64,000 nt of DNA from Krischvirus LF73P4. Location of the stretch: the sequence record OZ035795.1; one strand, written 5' to 3'. A program made the translations under genes and the position numbers. The first letter of the stretch is position 1; every line of letters starts with the position of its first letter. The notes under the pieces are model-generated. The model worked only from the letters and a program-made list of their open reading frames with translations, was not told the DNA's origin and made no database searches. Below are positions 36,125-45,838 of the stretch, in pieces.

Positions 36125-36883
36125 ATGAAAAACATTATCGCTGCTATCGTTCTTTCCGCTACTGCTTTCGGTGCTAATGCTGCGTCCTTTGATTGCGCTA
36201 AAGCTACTACCAAATCAGAGAAGTTTATTTGTGCTAATGAGTCTATCTCCGCACTGGACTCTAAACTTCATGAAGTGTATGTTAAGGCTGTTAAGATTGA
36301 TCCGTCTCTGAAACAAGAGCAACGAAACTGGAATAAAACTGTTCGTGATACAATGATCAATATCGGGCAGATTCAGCCACTGGAGGCTGTATACAACGCT
36401 CAAATCCAAAACTTGATGAATGTATTACCTAAAGAAGAAACCGCGTCAGAAAGCGATTCAGAGACTTCTGCGAAGGTTGAAGAAGAACAACCGAAACAGG
36501 AAGCAAAAGTGGTAGAAGAACCGAAGGTCGAAACTTTTACCTATCAATGCACCGTTCGTTATGAGTGGAGTATGAAAGATGGAATTTCCACAAAAATTAA
36601 AGAAGCGCCACTGTATGCCAAATATGGAAATCAACCAGGAGATCTTAAAGTAACCATTAAAAATGGGAAGATGGTTGATTTTGTATACATTGATGAATAC
36701 AACGTACACAAAGCAAACGTACAAGAAACCGTTATGACTAAAGGCGGGTTTTATAAGAATGTTGGCAAGAAAGATCTATATGAATACTCCGTTTTCGAAC
36801 CAAACGACGGAACTATTCGATTCGAAAAACGTCATCCTACATTCGGTGGCGCAATTGATGTAGATCAATACGTTTGCAAGTAA
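36125..36883 (+). CDS. secreted DUF1311/LprI-like protein (putative periplasmic lysozyme-inhibitor fold)
   Basis: 252 aa; signal peptide MKNIIAAIVLSATAFGANA; then SFDCAKATTKSEKFICANESISALDSKLHEVY.......Q.W pattern typical of the DUF1311 N-terminal domain; downstream of repeat cassette E. Confidence 0.5.
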   Translation: MKNIIAAIVLSATAFGANAASFDCAKATTKSEKFICANESISALDSKLHEVYVKAVKIDPSLKQEQRNWNKTVRDTMINIGQIQPLEAVYNAQIQNLMNVLPKEETASESDSETSAKVEEEQPKQEAKVVEEPKVETFTYQCTVRYEWSMKDGISTKIKEAPLYAKYGNQPGDLKVTIKNGKMVDFVYIDEYNVHKANVQETVMTKGGFYKNVGKKDLYEYSVFEPNDGTIRFEKRHPTFGGAIDVDQYVCK

Positions 36884-36894
36884 GAGGTTAAATT

Positions 36895-37182
36895 ATGAAA
36901 TTCAATAACATGAAGATCACAAAAGATTGGTGGGATGCGATGCGAGATACTCCAGAAACCAAATTGAATGAGACCACAACAACAATACAAGTTGATTACG
37001 AAGATCCGAAAGACATATACAGAGAGATTTTAATCAGAGATCTTATAAAAGCTGGAAACTATCAAACACCAGATGGCCTTATTGACATGATGGTTAAAGG
37101 TCTGTATAGTGGTAAAAATACAGATATTTTACCGTGGTACGAGGGATATTTTAAAACATATCGTGACCACAACCGAAAATAA
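36895..37182 (+). CDS. hypothetical protein
   Basis: 95-aa ORF. Confidence 0.4.
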   Translation: MKFNNMKITKDWWDAMRDTPETKLNETTTTIQVDYEDPKDIYREILIRDLIKAGNYQTPDGLIDMMVKGLYSGKNTDILPWYEGYFKTYRDHNRK

Positions 37183-37205
37183 TTTGTTGACGTGAGGATT
37201 ATATT

Positions 37206-37397
37206 ATGGTAATTTTTAATCGTGATGGTATTATAGTTCGACAGCATCCATTCCTTGAATACTATCAGGTTGAACAATGGGGATATGGAGATTGCAACCG
37301 CTCATACGGTCAAAGCTGGGGATACCGTACAGTTTTTGAATCAACTAATATTGACAAAGTACGACAGAAAGTTTTAGAACTTCTTAACGATAAGTGA
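37206..37397 (+). CDS. hypothetical protein
   Basis: 63-aa ORF. Confidence 0.35.
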   Translation: MVIFNRDGIIVRQHPFLEYYQVEQWGYGDCNRSYGQSWGYRTVFESTNIDKVRQKVLELLNDK

Positions 37398-37407
37398 GGA
37401 TTACATC

Positions 37408-37776
37408 ATGGAAATTCAAAACAATTACGAAAAATGTGTTATTATCAATGATTTGCAACGTCAATTGCATCATTACGAAACCGATTATAAAACAGCAACC
37501 AAAACCGGAAAGTTGAAAGTGTGGGAAGTATGGTATAACCGAAACTATCTGGGAAGTATCCACAAACTTGATCGCAGTGATGTTTATACAATGCATGTAG
37601 GCGCTTGTGGTGAATCGGATGTAGCATCTAATTTCATGGAAGCACTTGCATTCTATGTAGAATATCTGGTAGACTATATCGAGTTGGAAGAGGAAGTGGT
37701 AGAATTGCTTCCTCCACCGGAAGAAGCGCCGGAAGCAACGATCCTGAAAGCATTAAAGAAAATCTTTGTTAAGTGA
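37408..37776 (+). CDS. hypothetical protein
   Basis: 122-aa ORF. Confidence 0.45.
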   Translation: MEIQNNYEKCVIINDLQRQLHHYETDYKTATKTGKLKVWEVWYNRNYLGSIHKLDRSDVYTMHVGACGESDVASNFMEALAFYVEYLVDYIELEEEVVELLPPPEEAPEATILKALKKIFVK

Positions 37777-37784
37777 GGTGAACT

Positions 37785-38117
37785 ATGAAAAATGTACTGA
37801 TTGTGTGGGAACTGATTCCAGAAACTACTGAATTATACATGGTACAGGTTGATAATAAAGAATTTGAAATTCTGAAACGCGTCAACTGCAAATATATTAA
37901 CATTGATGACATGACCCCAGAAATGGACTATGTAAACTATGCTCTCATGCAGCCTAGTTGGATTATGGATGAAACCAAAGCAGACGCCGAATCGCTGGGT
38001 GTACCGGAAGAAGTATTAGCGAAATGGCATCAATTCAAAGTTGAAATAAAAGAGGGCGAACCGTTTATTCCTAGCGGTATGATCGATGCGGTGATCGTAA
38101 CAGGTTTTCATCTGTAA
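37785..38117 (+). CDS. hypothetical protein
   Basis: 110-aa ORF. Confidence 0.45.
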   Translation: MKNVLIVWELIPETTELYMVQVDNKEFEILKRVNCKYINIDDMTPEMDYVNYALMQPSWIMDETKADAESLGVPEEVLAKWHQFKVEIKEGEPFIPSGMIDAVIVTGFHL

Positions 38118-38129
38118 GGAGATTATACA

Positions 38130-38462
38130 ATGTTTAACTATGACAAATATGAATCATGGAAAGCGACCGAATTGAAAGAGGCAGCGCGGTTAATCACACC
38201 GCGTCTTTATCCGGTGTTGTTTAGCGCCGATAAAGTAACAAGGGAAGTAAACGAGGCGCTATCGGTTTTAGGCTATCTGATCGATAAAGTAGAGAAAACA
38301 TCGGTATTCACAAATAGCGTAGAATATACCCGGTATCGAGTGTTTTTAGATTCCTTGCTCGTTGTCATTAAAGCACTAAATGATCATAACTACACCATGA
38401 ACATGACGAAAATAATCGACGAAGCAAGAATTATGACAGAGAATATTTTCGGTAAATTTTGA
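38130..38462 (+). CDS. hypothetical protein, paralog A of a tandem pair
   Basis: 110 aa; C-terminus ...DEARIMTENIFGKF aligns with 38571..38900. Confidence 0.45.
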   Translation: MFNYDKYESWKATELKEAARLITPRLYPVLFSADKVTREVNEALSVLGYLIDKVEKTSVFTNSVEYTRYRVFLDSLLVVIKALNDHNYTMNMTKIIDEARIMTENIFGKF

Positions 38463-38570
38463 TTATGAAAGATGATGAATCATTGAAAATTGCACTGGTT
38501 ATGCTATTACAAGGTATAGAATTAGCAAACCACGAAAAAATGTTGACACAACAGCGTGAAATTATGAGAG

Positions 38571-38900
38571 GTGATTATGATCGAGTTTGAAATTGACAAC
38601 TTTCACGAAAAAGCAGAAGACTTAACCAAAATTTTGATTAGTCGAGGTGCATATAATACGAAAGATATTATAAAAGAAGTTAATGTAGCGATGGACGCGA
38701 TCCAAAAGGAATTTAAACATATTTCAGCGATTGGAGAAAATGGTCATCTTGAAGATGTTGAGCTGGTAGCACTGCGACGCTATTACTTCTTTGTTGATTG
38801 CATCATTGATCTAGCTAAAAATTATAGTCATTACATGAAAGATATTGTAAACGATGCACGTAAGTTGGCAGAGAATGTTTACGGGAAGTTTCCAGAATGA
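38571..38900 (+). CDS. hypothetical protein, paralog B of a tandem pair
   Basis: 109 aa; C-terminus ...NDARKLAENVYGKFPE; shared EVN..A...........Y.F.D..I.....Y...M..I...AR...EN..GKF. Confidence 0.45.
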   Translation: MIMIEFEIDNFHEKAEDLTKILISRGAYNTKDIIKEVNVAMDAIQKEFKHISAIGENGHLEDVELVALRRYYFFVDCIIDLAKNYSHYMKDIVNDARKLAENVYGKFPE

Positions 38901-39145
38901 AATTAGAACAAGCGATTGTATACTTTGAGATGGGCTATGATATTGCTCGTGTAGAGTGGGAAGATGGTGATTTTGTCCGATTGATTGATCTTCCAGAAAC
39001 AGCTATTGCACTGGTCAAAGTAGAAAACGGCATACAACGAAATTACGCGTTTTCTGACGAAGACAAACAAGCCGATGACTGGTACGCTACATGTTTTCAT
39101 CATACAGCGTCAAAATGCGATTCAGGCGCGTCTATGCGTCAATAA
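38897..39145 (+). CDS. hypothetical protein
   Basis: 82-aa ORF; last gene of plus-strand block before convergent terminator. Confidence 0.4.
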   Translation: MKLEQAIVYFEMGYDIARVEWEDGDFVRLIDLPETAIALVKVENGIQRNYAFSDEDKQADDWYATCFHHTASKCDSGASMRQ

Positions 39146-39159
39146 ATGCGTCAATAAAA

Positions 39160-39190
39160 AAGAAGGGGAGGCCGAAAGGCTTCCCCTTTA
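39160..39190. terminator. bidirectional terminator between convergent plus-strand block and holin t
   Basis: AAAAAAGAAGGGGAGGCCGAAAGGCTTCCCCTTTA: GC stem flanked by A-run and T-run. Confidence 0.6.
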
Positions 39191-39192
39191 AG

Positions 39193-39849
39193 TTATCTAA
39201 TCCTTCCGAGGATTCTGGCAGATTGATTGCAAAGAGTATCTAAATTCTCAATGTCAATATCCGGTTTATTCTTCCATGCAATGGAGATACTACCAGAATA
39301 GACATTATCGAGATTGAATATAGGGCAAGAATACATAAACCCTATATCGATACTCTCTAATTTCTTTTCTCTTGATGGAATATACTGGAAATCTTTATCG
39401 GTAAAATATGATTTACCTAAAAGATGCCTACGATATTCTTCACTCGTTTTATTGATAGGGAATCCGCCTAAATTTTTTTCATCGATTGTATGCGGTAACT
39501 TTCCTTCATATGCCACCAAATCAACAAAATAGTTTAGGTTTTTCGGACGAAAACTAAAAACAGCAGAAAAATCGGCATCAGCCGACACATGAACTATCTG
39601 TAACTGCTCCTGTGCTGCATTATCAAAATTGCGGTCTTTCTCTACCTGGAGAACGTGAGCATAAGTCTCATAACGAGTCTCTTTATAAAGCGCAAATAAC
39701 TCGTTTTTACTATAAACGACAAATGCTAATATAGACAACACGACGGCAGCAAAAACACGAAGTACGAGCAACTCCGTGCTTTTAGTTGTGAAAATAGCGC
39801 GCAGGACATTTGAGATAGCAAAGTCTTTCCCTTTTTCAGAAACTTGCAT
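39193..39849 (-). CDS. t: holin T
   Basis: 218 aa; N-terminal TM segment; YETY; EQLQIVHVSADADFSAVFSFRPKNLNYFVDLVAYEGKLP; MYSCP.FNLDN.Y.G.I; ARILGR match recalled T4 holin. Confidence 0.85.
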   Translation of the reverse strand: MQVSEKGKDFAISNVLRAIFTTKSTELLVLRVFAAVVLSILAFVVYSKNELFALYKETRYETYAHVLQVEKDRNFDNAAQEQLQIVHVSADADFSAVFSFRPKNLNYFVDLVAYEGKLPHTIDEKNLGGFPINKTSEEYRRHLLGKSYFTDKDFQYIPSREKKLESIDIGFMYSCPIFNLDNVYSGSISIAWKNKPDIDIENLDTLCNQSARILGRIR

Positions 39850-39882
39850 ATAATGCCCTAAGATAACTATGACAGTGTACTC

Positions 39883-40122
39883 TTATTTAGGTAGTTGACT
39901 ATCACTATTTTTATTTTGCTCGTTGCTATCTTCTGACTGATCTTTATTAAACTCCTTATAAAGTTCTTCCACAAAACGATCATCAATTGGCGTATTGGTA
40001 TAAGCCGCAAGACGACGAGCGCAATAGAAGAAAATTTTAGTGAGCATCTTTTCACTAATTAACTTTGACAATAGTTTCATTCCGAAATTAGACAAAGCAC
40101 CAATGACGATATTATAGACCAT
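39883..40122 (-). CDS. hypothetical protein between gene 38 and t
   Basis: 79-aa ORF with AAGGAG RBS on minus strand; hydrophobic/amphipathic N-terminus, acidic tail. Confidence 0.4.
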   Translation of the reverse strand: MVYNIVIGALSNFGMKLLSKLISEKMLTKIFFYCARRLAAYTNTPIDDRFVEELYKEFNKDQSEDSNEQNKNSDSQLPK

Positions 40123-40185
40123 AGCCGTTTCTCCTTAGTAGTTCCCTTCCGTGGGAGTTTTCCTTAATTCTTTTTATAATTGCGT

Positions 40186-40968
40186 CTAAACAGCCGGTCC
40201 GTAAATAGCTCCGCGATTTTGCCACGTTGGAGAAGACCCTATAACAGCATATCCAGAATCGCCGCCATTATATTCAGATCCTTGACCACGAATATTACAT
40301 CTACCTCCTGCGGCGCCTACCTCACCACCGCTTCCACCATTATAGATACCGTTCACGGACCCCGAACCGGGCGCATAAAGAGTACCAGCAGTTGCGCCTG
40401 ATTGCATATCAATAGATCCGCCCGGCGCACCAAACGGACGCCCACCGCCACCGCCAAAGGTTAATCTCATTTGTGAAAAAGGAGAATAATACCCGCCACC
40501 GCCACCGCCACCGCCACCTGCAATAGCTCCACCATTATTAATTCTTAGTCTCCCACCAATATCATTTTGAATACAATGCCCCCCGGCTGATCCAGGACCA
40601 TTGCTACCGCCATTCCCGCCACGACCATACATCGTTACGCCATGTATATTCAACTGAACATATTCATTCGGTGTATCTCCGTACATAAAGAATAAAGGAA
40701 CATCTTTAGAATATGATACTAAATCTCCAGTGATATTAAACACTATAGGTGTACTACCTGCTTCAAAGCATCTATCACGGAACCACTGACCGTTGAAGTT
40801 ATGGTCTGCACCAAGTGTATGAATAATTTCTCGCGAGCGACCTGCAAATTGACTCATCCAGCAAGGAACACCCAATCTTAATTGACCAGCCGCTTGACTC
40901 ATCCATCGTTGTCCTGTTTCATTTGCGGCTGAACTTCCAATCCAACCAGGAACACCAACTACTGCCAT
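40186..40968 (-). CDS. 38: tail-fibre adhesin gp38 (T2-type, glycine-rich motifs)
   Basis: 260 aa directly downstream of gene 37; conserved N-terminal part then poly-Gly blocks ([30 protein letters not shown]) separating short variable segments. Confidence 0.75.
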   Translation of the reverse strand: MAVVGVPGWIGSSAANETGQRWMSQAAGQLRLGVPCWMSQFAGRSREIIHTLGADHNFNGQWFRDRCFEAGSTPIVFNITGDLVSYSKDVPLFFMYGDTPNEYVQLNIHGVTMYGRGGNGGSNGPGSAGGHCIQNDIGGRLRINNGGAIAGGGGGGGGGYYSPFSQMRLTFGGGGGRPFGAPGGSIDMQSGATAGTLYAPGSGSVNGIYNGGSGGEVGAAGGRCNIRGQGSEYNGGDSGYAVIGSSPTWQNRGAIYGPAV

Positions 40969-40976
40969 AATTTATA

Positions 40977-41002
40977 CTCCAAAGGGGGCAACGCCCCCTT
41001 GT
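40977..41002 (-). terminator. hairpin between gene 37 and gene 38
   Basis: AAGGGGGCAACGCCCCCTT palindrome in 36-nt intergenic spacer. Confidence 0.35.
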
Positions 41003-41004
41003 TG

Positions 41005-43785
41005 TTAGAATTTAAAATATTTACTAATTTTGCGAGCAATTTTAGTAAAGAAAGGAGTTTTCAATTCTTTAATTTCTTCACTCATTTCCTGAATAGCCTT
41101 AATTAAAAGAGCATTCACTGCCGAGTTAGAAATTGTCAGAACATCAGATCCATCAACTTCAACTTTAGATACAGCTTCCGGCAATTCTTTTTCAAGATCC
41201 TGAGCAATAATACCAGCTTCACGTTTAATCACACTACGATCTTTAATAGACTTAACTTTATCGTAAGTATAAACTTTCAGACGGCATACTTTTTCAAGTG
41301 CTCCGTTTTCTAACTCTTCTTTATTAATCTTAAGACGGGAGTCAGAACGAATATACACATCGCTAAAGCTACCATTTCCTGGTGTATAAAAGAACCCATC
41401 ATGATGGAATTCAAACACAGCTTGTGGGTGTCCAGCATCAGGAGAAGCCTCCGTGGATCCGACACGAATGATTGCTTGCCCCCACTGTGATGGAATACGA
41501 CGCATACCAAAGTCAACAGCGGTGCTATATCCTTGATTGGTTATAACGCTTCTTGCTTTAAGAATAGGATAATAACTATCTTGACCAACATAACCATGAT
41601 CAACGAATAATGGAGCTTCTACTCGCCATTGGTTGCCCCAATCACCTGGTTGTCTGGCAACCCAACTTGCACCATTGATATACATACGATCGCGGTTAAC
41701 GTTAACCATTAAGGTATTTTGCGGGTTTAAAGATATCTCGCCAGAATTTGTAATATAAATTGCAGAATTACTAGCATAACTAAAAAACCCTAATCCGTTA
41801 TCAGCGCCTCCTTTCCCTATATACCAATTATTATTACCATCACAACTACCCAACAAATAAACCGAATCTCCAGATGACGGAGCATTCAAAACTATTGCGT
41901 CCGAACCACGATTAACAGTTATTTTATCGGAAGATTCTATTTGACCAAAGAATTTAGTTTTAATTGCACCAGTCGCTAAAGTACGTTCAGTGGAAAAATG
42001 AGCGCCTTTGCTATCTTCTAACTGAATAATGTTATCACGAGCGTTATTGCTATCACCCCAATGGTTAAATTTAAAATAATCTCGTGATCCTAAACGTCCG
42101 GCGTCAAAAGTCATCAAGCCTTTCATGTTAATATCACCACCAAAAAATGCGGTGAGAGAATCACGTTTTAATTTTAAAACGTTAGCACCACTAGTACCAC
42201 CCAAAGTAACATCACCAGTTCTTAATTCATAACGGAAAGGTCTATTTGTATTAAAGTTTCCATCTTGATCATTTTCGTCGGTGGAAAGAATATAAAGACT
42301 CTCTCCATCATTACGTAAAAATGCACCAAATTTTCCGCCATACATACGGAATGCATTCAACGAGCGGAATTTAACTTCTGTTTTAAATGTGGTAGTGTTA
42401 TTAAGGTTAACAGTAGAGTTAAAGTTAACTGCGCCATTAAAATCTTGTTTAGCAGTCCAAGTATGTGATCCGTCTTCAAGAACAACACGGCGAACTGTAC
42501 AAGTTCTATTTCCCGGATTACCAGCAACACGAACGACAAAATAACGGTAGTTTGTCTGGGATACAGTACCACGCCAAACCTGAACAGTACGCCCTGTGCC
42601 AGTGTGTTCGCTAGGACCGACAGAAAACATAACCAAGTTTCCGTCAATCGCACCCCAATCCATATTTGCTGGCATGTTCTTTATTTTGTTCAAAGGAACA
42701 CTAAACATACTACCAGGGACAAAATCAAAGGTTTGCCAGTCTAGCTCCGCTAATTGAGATTTAACACCACCCATACCCAGAGTGATCGGCATAGAATAGG
42801 ACGTATATACTTCGTACCAATTTCCCCAGATGTTATTTGTCATCGCACGTTCAAACACGCGAGATCGCGTAGTTGCACCCGTTCCTGCGGTAGTGAAACG
42901 TTGGAAAATAGCGGCACCGGAAGCACGCTGTTTAACCTCAAGCAATCCGGTCATCTCAACCGGAACACCTTCTGCAACTGGACGGTTAATAACGGCATCA
43001 GTCCCTAAAATGTTATACAAGCCAGGAGAACGAAAATTATTAAGATCCCCGTCATAGAATGTGTTTGGAGTAACCATACCTACTTGTTGCCACGGTCCCC
43101 AATTCGGAGCTTCTGGATCCCATGCACCAGCAAGACAACGAACATATACAACACCCATTCGGGTAGTATAACGTTGCGTGCGAGAATAGTTACCACCTTC
43201 ATAAATTTCTAAAAGACCTTGCGCGAGACCACCTTCTTCTGGGTAATTTCGAGAAAATGATGCAATGGAACTTAAACTATTTCGCCATAACCCAAAATGA
43301 GAAGCATCACCTAAAGTATTCAAGTCTAGTGTAGTTGATAGTGGACGTGTGCCAGTTTGAATATTGCGCCACGGACCCCATGGACCATCTACGCCATTCC
43401 ATTTAGCAGACAAAGAACGGATATAAACGTTACCAGACCGAACAGTATAACGCTGAGTGCCAGCAAATTGACCAGCCACAAATACTTCTAATACACCTAC
43501 AGCATTCTCTTCTGGGAATTTATTTGCTGGCTGCGCATTTGTTGAAGTTGATTTAGACCAAACGCCAGTAAATTTACCAGTAGGTCCATAATTATCTAAA
43601 TTTGCATCAGATGGCAACTCACCGCGAAAGTGTCCCAAAGTAATTACATTATTGCTGTCATCTTTTGTATATAGTTCTCGATCCGCTAGGTTAATAGCAA
43701 GTTCACCCGGAGTTAGAATATTCGCATCCGGCTTGCGACCTGCCGTACTTGTTCTTTTAAATTGGATTCTCTGTAAATCTGCCAT
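41005..43785 (-). CDS. 37: long tail fibre distal subunit gp37 with C-terminal intramolecular chaperone domain
   Basis: 926 aa; N-terminus MADLQRIQFKRTSTAGRKPDANILTPGELAINLADRELYTKDDSNNVI matches recalled gp37 N-terminus; C-terminal ...RSDSRLKINKEEL... carries the SD.R.K motif of S74-type auto-cleaving chaperone domains. Confidence 0.8.
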   Translation of the reverse strand: MADLQRIQFKRTSTAGRKPDANILTPGELAINLADRELYTKDDSNNVITLGHFRGELPSDANLDNYGPTGKFTGVWSKSTSTNAQPANKFPEENAVGVLEVFVAGQFAGTQRYTVRSGNVYIRSLSAKWNGVDGPWGPWRNIQTGTRPLSTTLDLNTLGDASHFGLWRNSLSSIASFSRNYPEEGGLAQGLLEIYEGGNYSRTQRYTTRMGVVYVRCLAGAWDPEAPNWGPWQQVGMVTPNTFYDGDLNNFRSPGLYNILGTDAVINRPVAEGVPVEMTGLLEVKQRASGAAIFQRFTTAGTGATTRSRVFERAMTNNIWGNWYEVYTSYSMPITLGMGGVKSQLAELDWQTFDFVPGSMFSVPLNKIKNMPANMDWGAIDGNLVMFSVGPSEHTGTGRTVQVWRGTVSQTNYRYFVVRVAGNPGNRTCTVRRVVLEDGSHTWTAKQDFNGAVNFNSTVNLNNTTTFKTEVKFRSLNAFRMYGGKFGAFLRNDGESLYILSTDENDQDGNFNTNRPFRYELRTGDVTLGGTSGANVLKLKRDSLTAFFGGDINMKGLMTFDAGRLGSRDYFKFNHWGDSNNARDNIIQLEDSKGAHFSTERTLATGAIKTKFFGQIESSDKITVNRGSDAIVLNAPSSGDSVYLLGSCDGNNNWYIGKGGADNGLGFFSYASNSAIYITNSGEISLNPQNTLMVNVNRDRMYINGASWVARQPGDWGNQWRVEAPLFVDHGYVGQDSYYPILKARSVITNQGYSTAVDFGMRRIPSQWGQAIIRVGSTEASPDAGHPQAVFEFHHDGFFYTPGNGSFSDVYIRSDSRLKINKEELENGALEKVCRLKVYTYDKVKSIKDRSVIKREAGIIAQDLEKELPEAVSKVEVDGSDVLTISNSAVNALLIKAIQEMSEEIKELKTPFFTKIARKISKYFKF

Positions 43786-43852
43786 TTTATAAAATCCTTA
43801 ACGGTTGTTAGAATAATATTATTTAGAAAAGCGGGGATTATCCCCGCTAGAA

Positions 43853-45343
43853 TTAGAAAGTACCAAAATCAATTACCGCATTAAGCGGAACAGCGCCAAC
43901 ATCATCAGGAGTTGGTTTGTGTCCTTCGTGGTATAATTCAAATGTATCGGTGTCCTGAGTATTGTTGCGTGATTTAACGAAAATAATTTTAGAATCATGT
44001 GTGATGCCTAGTTTCTCGTGCGCTTTAATATCACTAACACGATGAATCATTGCTGTGCCATCTAAGCTATTAAGTCCAGCGTAGCAATTATCACCATTAT
44101 AGTTAGCTTTTGCGGTACGAACGCCGTTTGCAGCGGGAACTGTCAAAGCACCTCTCATGGTATCGCCAGTCACATTAACATAGCGAGCATCAGCCAATTT
44201 ACGGTGATCTACATAGTTCCATGCGGTCCATGATTCATTAGAACAAGAACGCCAGCACATCGGATGATCAATAGATTCAGGATAGTATACCTGAACAATT
44301 CGACGAGTACCGACCGCATCTTCTGGGCGATATACCATCAAAACGCCGTTATAATAGCTATCAGACGGTTTATTAGTACCTGATCCAGCATTTTCCACAC
44401 GATAGATACCGCGATTAATAAGAGTGTTCCAATCAACGTTTCCAATGATTGTTGGATTTGCTACCATTGATTTTTTCTCAAAGTAGCTCAAACGAACCAA
44501 TTCATTAGGACCAGCAGGATCGTTTGTCGCCAACATTCTAGGCGCTTGCAAGTTACCTTCCATAATATCACCAGCACGTTTAACCTGTGCATCATTGGTG
44601 ACATTACCTAGTCCAACATCGGCTTTAGTCGGTTTATTGTTGGTGTGGTAGAATCTACCTGCCTTGCCATTAACAGAAATTGTCGGCTCGTTTTTGCTAC
44701 TGAATGCCAAAGTATCAAGACTATTTCCAAAATAAATGGCATTAGAATCGAAAGCAATGAAACCACGATCCCGCGCAAGTATTTTCGAATTAACATCAAG
44801 TTTAAATGTAGCCGTGTTTAAATTATACGTTCCCGTGAGAGTATCACCGCGACGAGACACCAAATCCAAATCATTGTTTGTCGGCTTATTAACAGGACTA
44901 TAGACGCGTTGACCAGTGTCTTTAATGGTTGTCCCTTCGATGGTCCCTTTAGTTTTAAAATCACCTGTGGTAGTGTCAATATAAGCCATGATAACATCAT
45001 CACGAGCATTAACAAAACCAATAGATTTCCACGAATGCAAACCCCAACTTACACCATCAAAGTTAGCCGCATCGCTCTTTCCTTTAAAGATCCCGTTCTT
45101 TTTGGTTTCTCCACCGGATGCGCTACCTACGCTTAAACCTTCCTCAAAATGGACCAGTTTCTGAAATGTACCACCCTCAGATGCACTAACAGCATCAAAA
45201 TCGGCAGCCGAAGGTTTATCAAAAGCGGTATAGATTTTATGACCTTTATAGAAAAGCTGATCACCCGCTGGCTGGATCGTCAAGTTTCCTTGCGTCCAAA
45301 TGGGAGATCCGCCTACAGTAGATCCATGTTTCAAATCTGCCAT
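43853..45343 (-). CDS. 36: long tail fibre connector gp36-like protein
   Basis: 496 aa upstream of 37 on minus strand; N-terminus MADLKHGSTVGGSPIWTQGN resembles recalled gp36 N-terminus; longer than recalled T4 gp36. Confidence 0.55.
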   Translation of the reverse strand: MADLKHGSTVGGSPIWTQGNLTIQPAGDQLFYKGHKIYTAFDKPSAADFDAVSASEGGTFQKLVHFEEGLSVGSASGGETKKNGIFKGKSDAANFDGVSWGLHSWKSIGFVNARDDVIMAYIDTTTGDFKTKGTIEGTTIKDTGQRVYSPVNKPTNNDLDLVSRRGDTLTGTYNLNTATFKLDVNSKILARDRGFIAFDSNAIYFGNSLDTLAFSSKNEPTISVNGKAGRFYHTNNKPTKADVGLGNVTNDAQVKRAGDIMEGNLQAPRMLATNDPAGPNELVRLSYFEKKSMVANPTIIGNVDWNTLINRGIYRVENAGSGTNKPSDSYYNGVLMVYRPEDAVGTRRIVQVYYPESIDHPMCWRSCSNESWTAWNYVDHRKLADARYVNVTGDTMRGALTVPAANGVRTAKANYNGDNCYAGLNSLDGTAMIHRVSDIKAHEKLGITHDSKIIFVKSRNNTQDTDTFELYHEGHKPTPDDVGAVPLNAVIDFGTF

Positions 45344-45376
45344 AAAGTAACCTCAAAAATTAGTTATAGTTCCGAG

Positions 45377-45384
45377 TATTTATA
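45377..45384 (-). promoter_or_regulatory. T4-type late promoter TATAAATA (minus strand) upstream of gene 36-like
   Basis: Plus strand reads TATTTATA about 34 nt upstream of the minus-strand start at 45343. Confidence 0.45.
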
Positions 45385-45553
45385 GAATGTTAACAAAATA
45401 TCGCTTCGCGACGTGCCGTAGGCACTGACTACTTTTTAACCGAAACAAATTTTCTATTATTCTAAAGATCTTTCTTCGTTTTGGTTATGTTTTAACCAAT
45501 AACTATATTTTTATACAGTAATAAATAAAACGGGTACTATACGAGGACTTCTT

Positions 45554-45808
45554 ATGACAGAAGACATTTTGTTAAAACTCTATGATCGTCTGGATAACGA
45601 ATTAGCAACATTGCGGGGTGAAGTTCTCTATTTGTCTAAATGCAATACAGATCTGCTTAAGCAGATTGCAGAAAGGGATGATCAAATAAAATCCCTTTCA
45701 GGTGCATTACGTGATCGCGACAAGGCATTAGAGATTTTACAGCGTGTTACCAATAAGGAAGAATTAAAAGACTTCTTACATGGTTATGCTCATGCCATCG
45801 ATCTATAA
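45554..45808 (+). CDS. hypothetical coiled-coil protein
   Basis: 84-aa plus-strand ORF between two minus-strand blocks; preceded by 210-bp AT-rich spacer, followed by bidirectional terminator. Confidence 0.4.
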   Translation: MTEDILLKLYDRLDNELATLRGEVLYLSKCNTDLLKQIAERDDQIKSLSGALRDRDKALEILQRVTNKEELKDFLHGYAHAIDL

Positions 45809-45811
45809 TAA

Positions 45812-45838
45812 AAAAGCCCGTCAATGACGGGCTTAATG
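45812..45838. terminator. bidirectional terminator between ORF 45554..45808 and gene 2
   Basis: AAAAAAGCCCGTCAATGACGGGCTTAATGTT. Confidence 0.55.

Noticed and set aside
40186-40968. Poly-glycine-encoding GGN runs in gene 38 as a simple-sequence repeat or slippage artefact
   Set aside because: They are in frame within an ORF matching the known domain organisation of glycine-rich tail-fibre adhesins.
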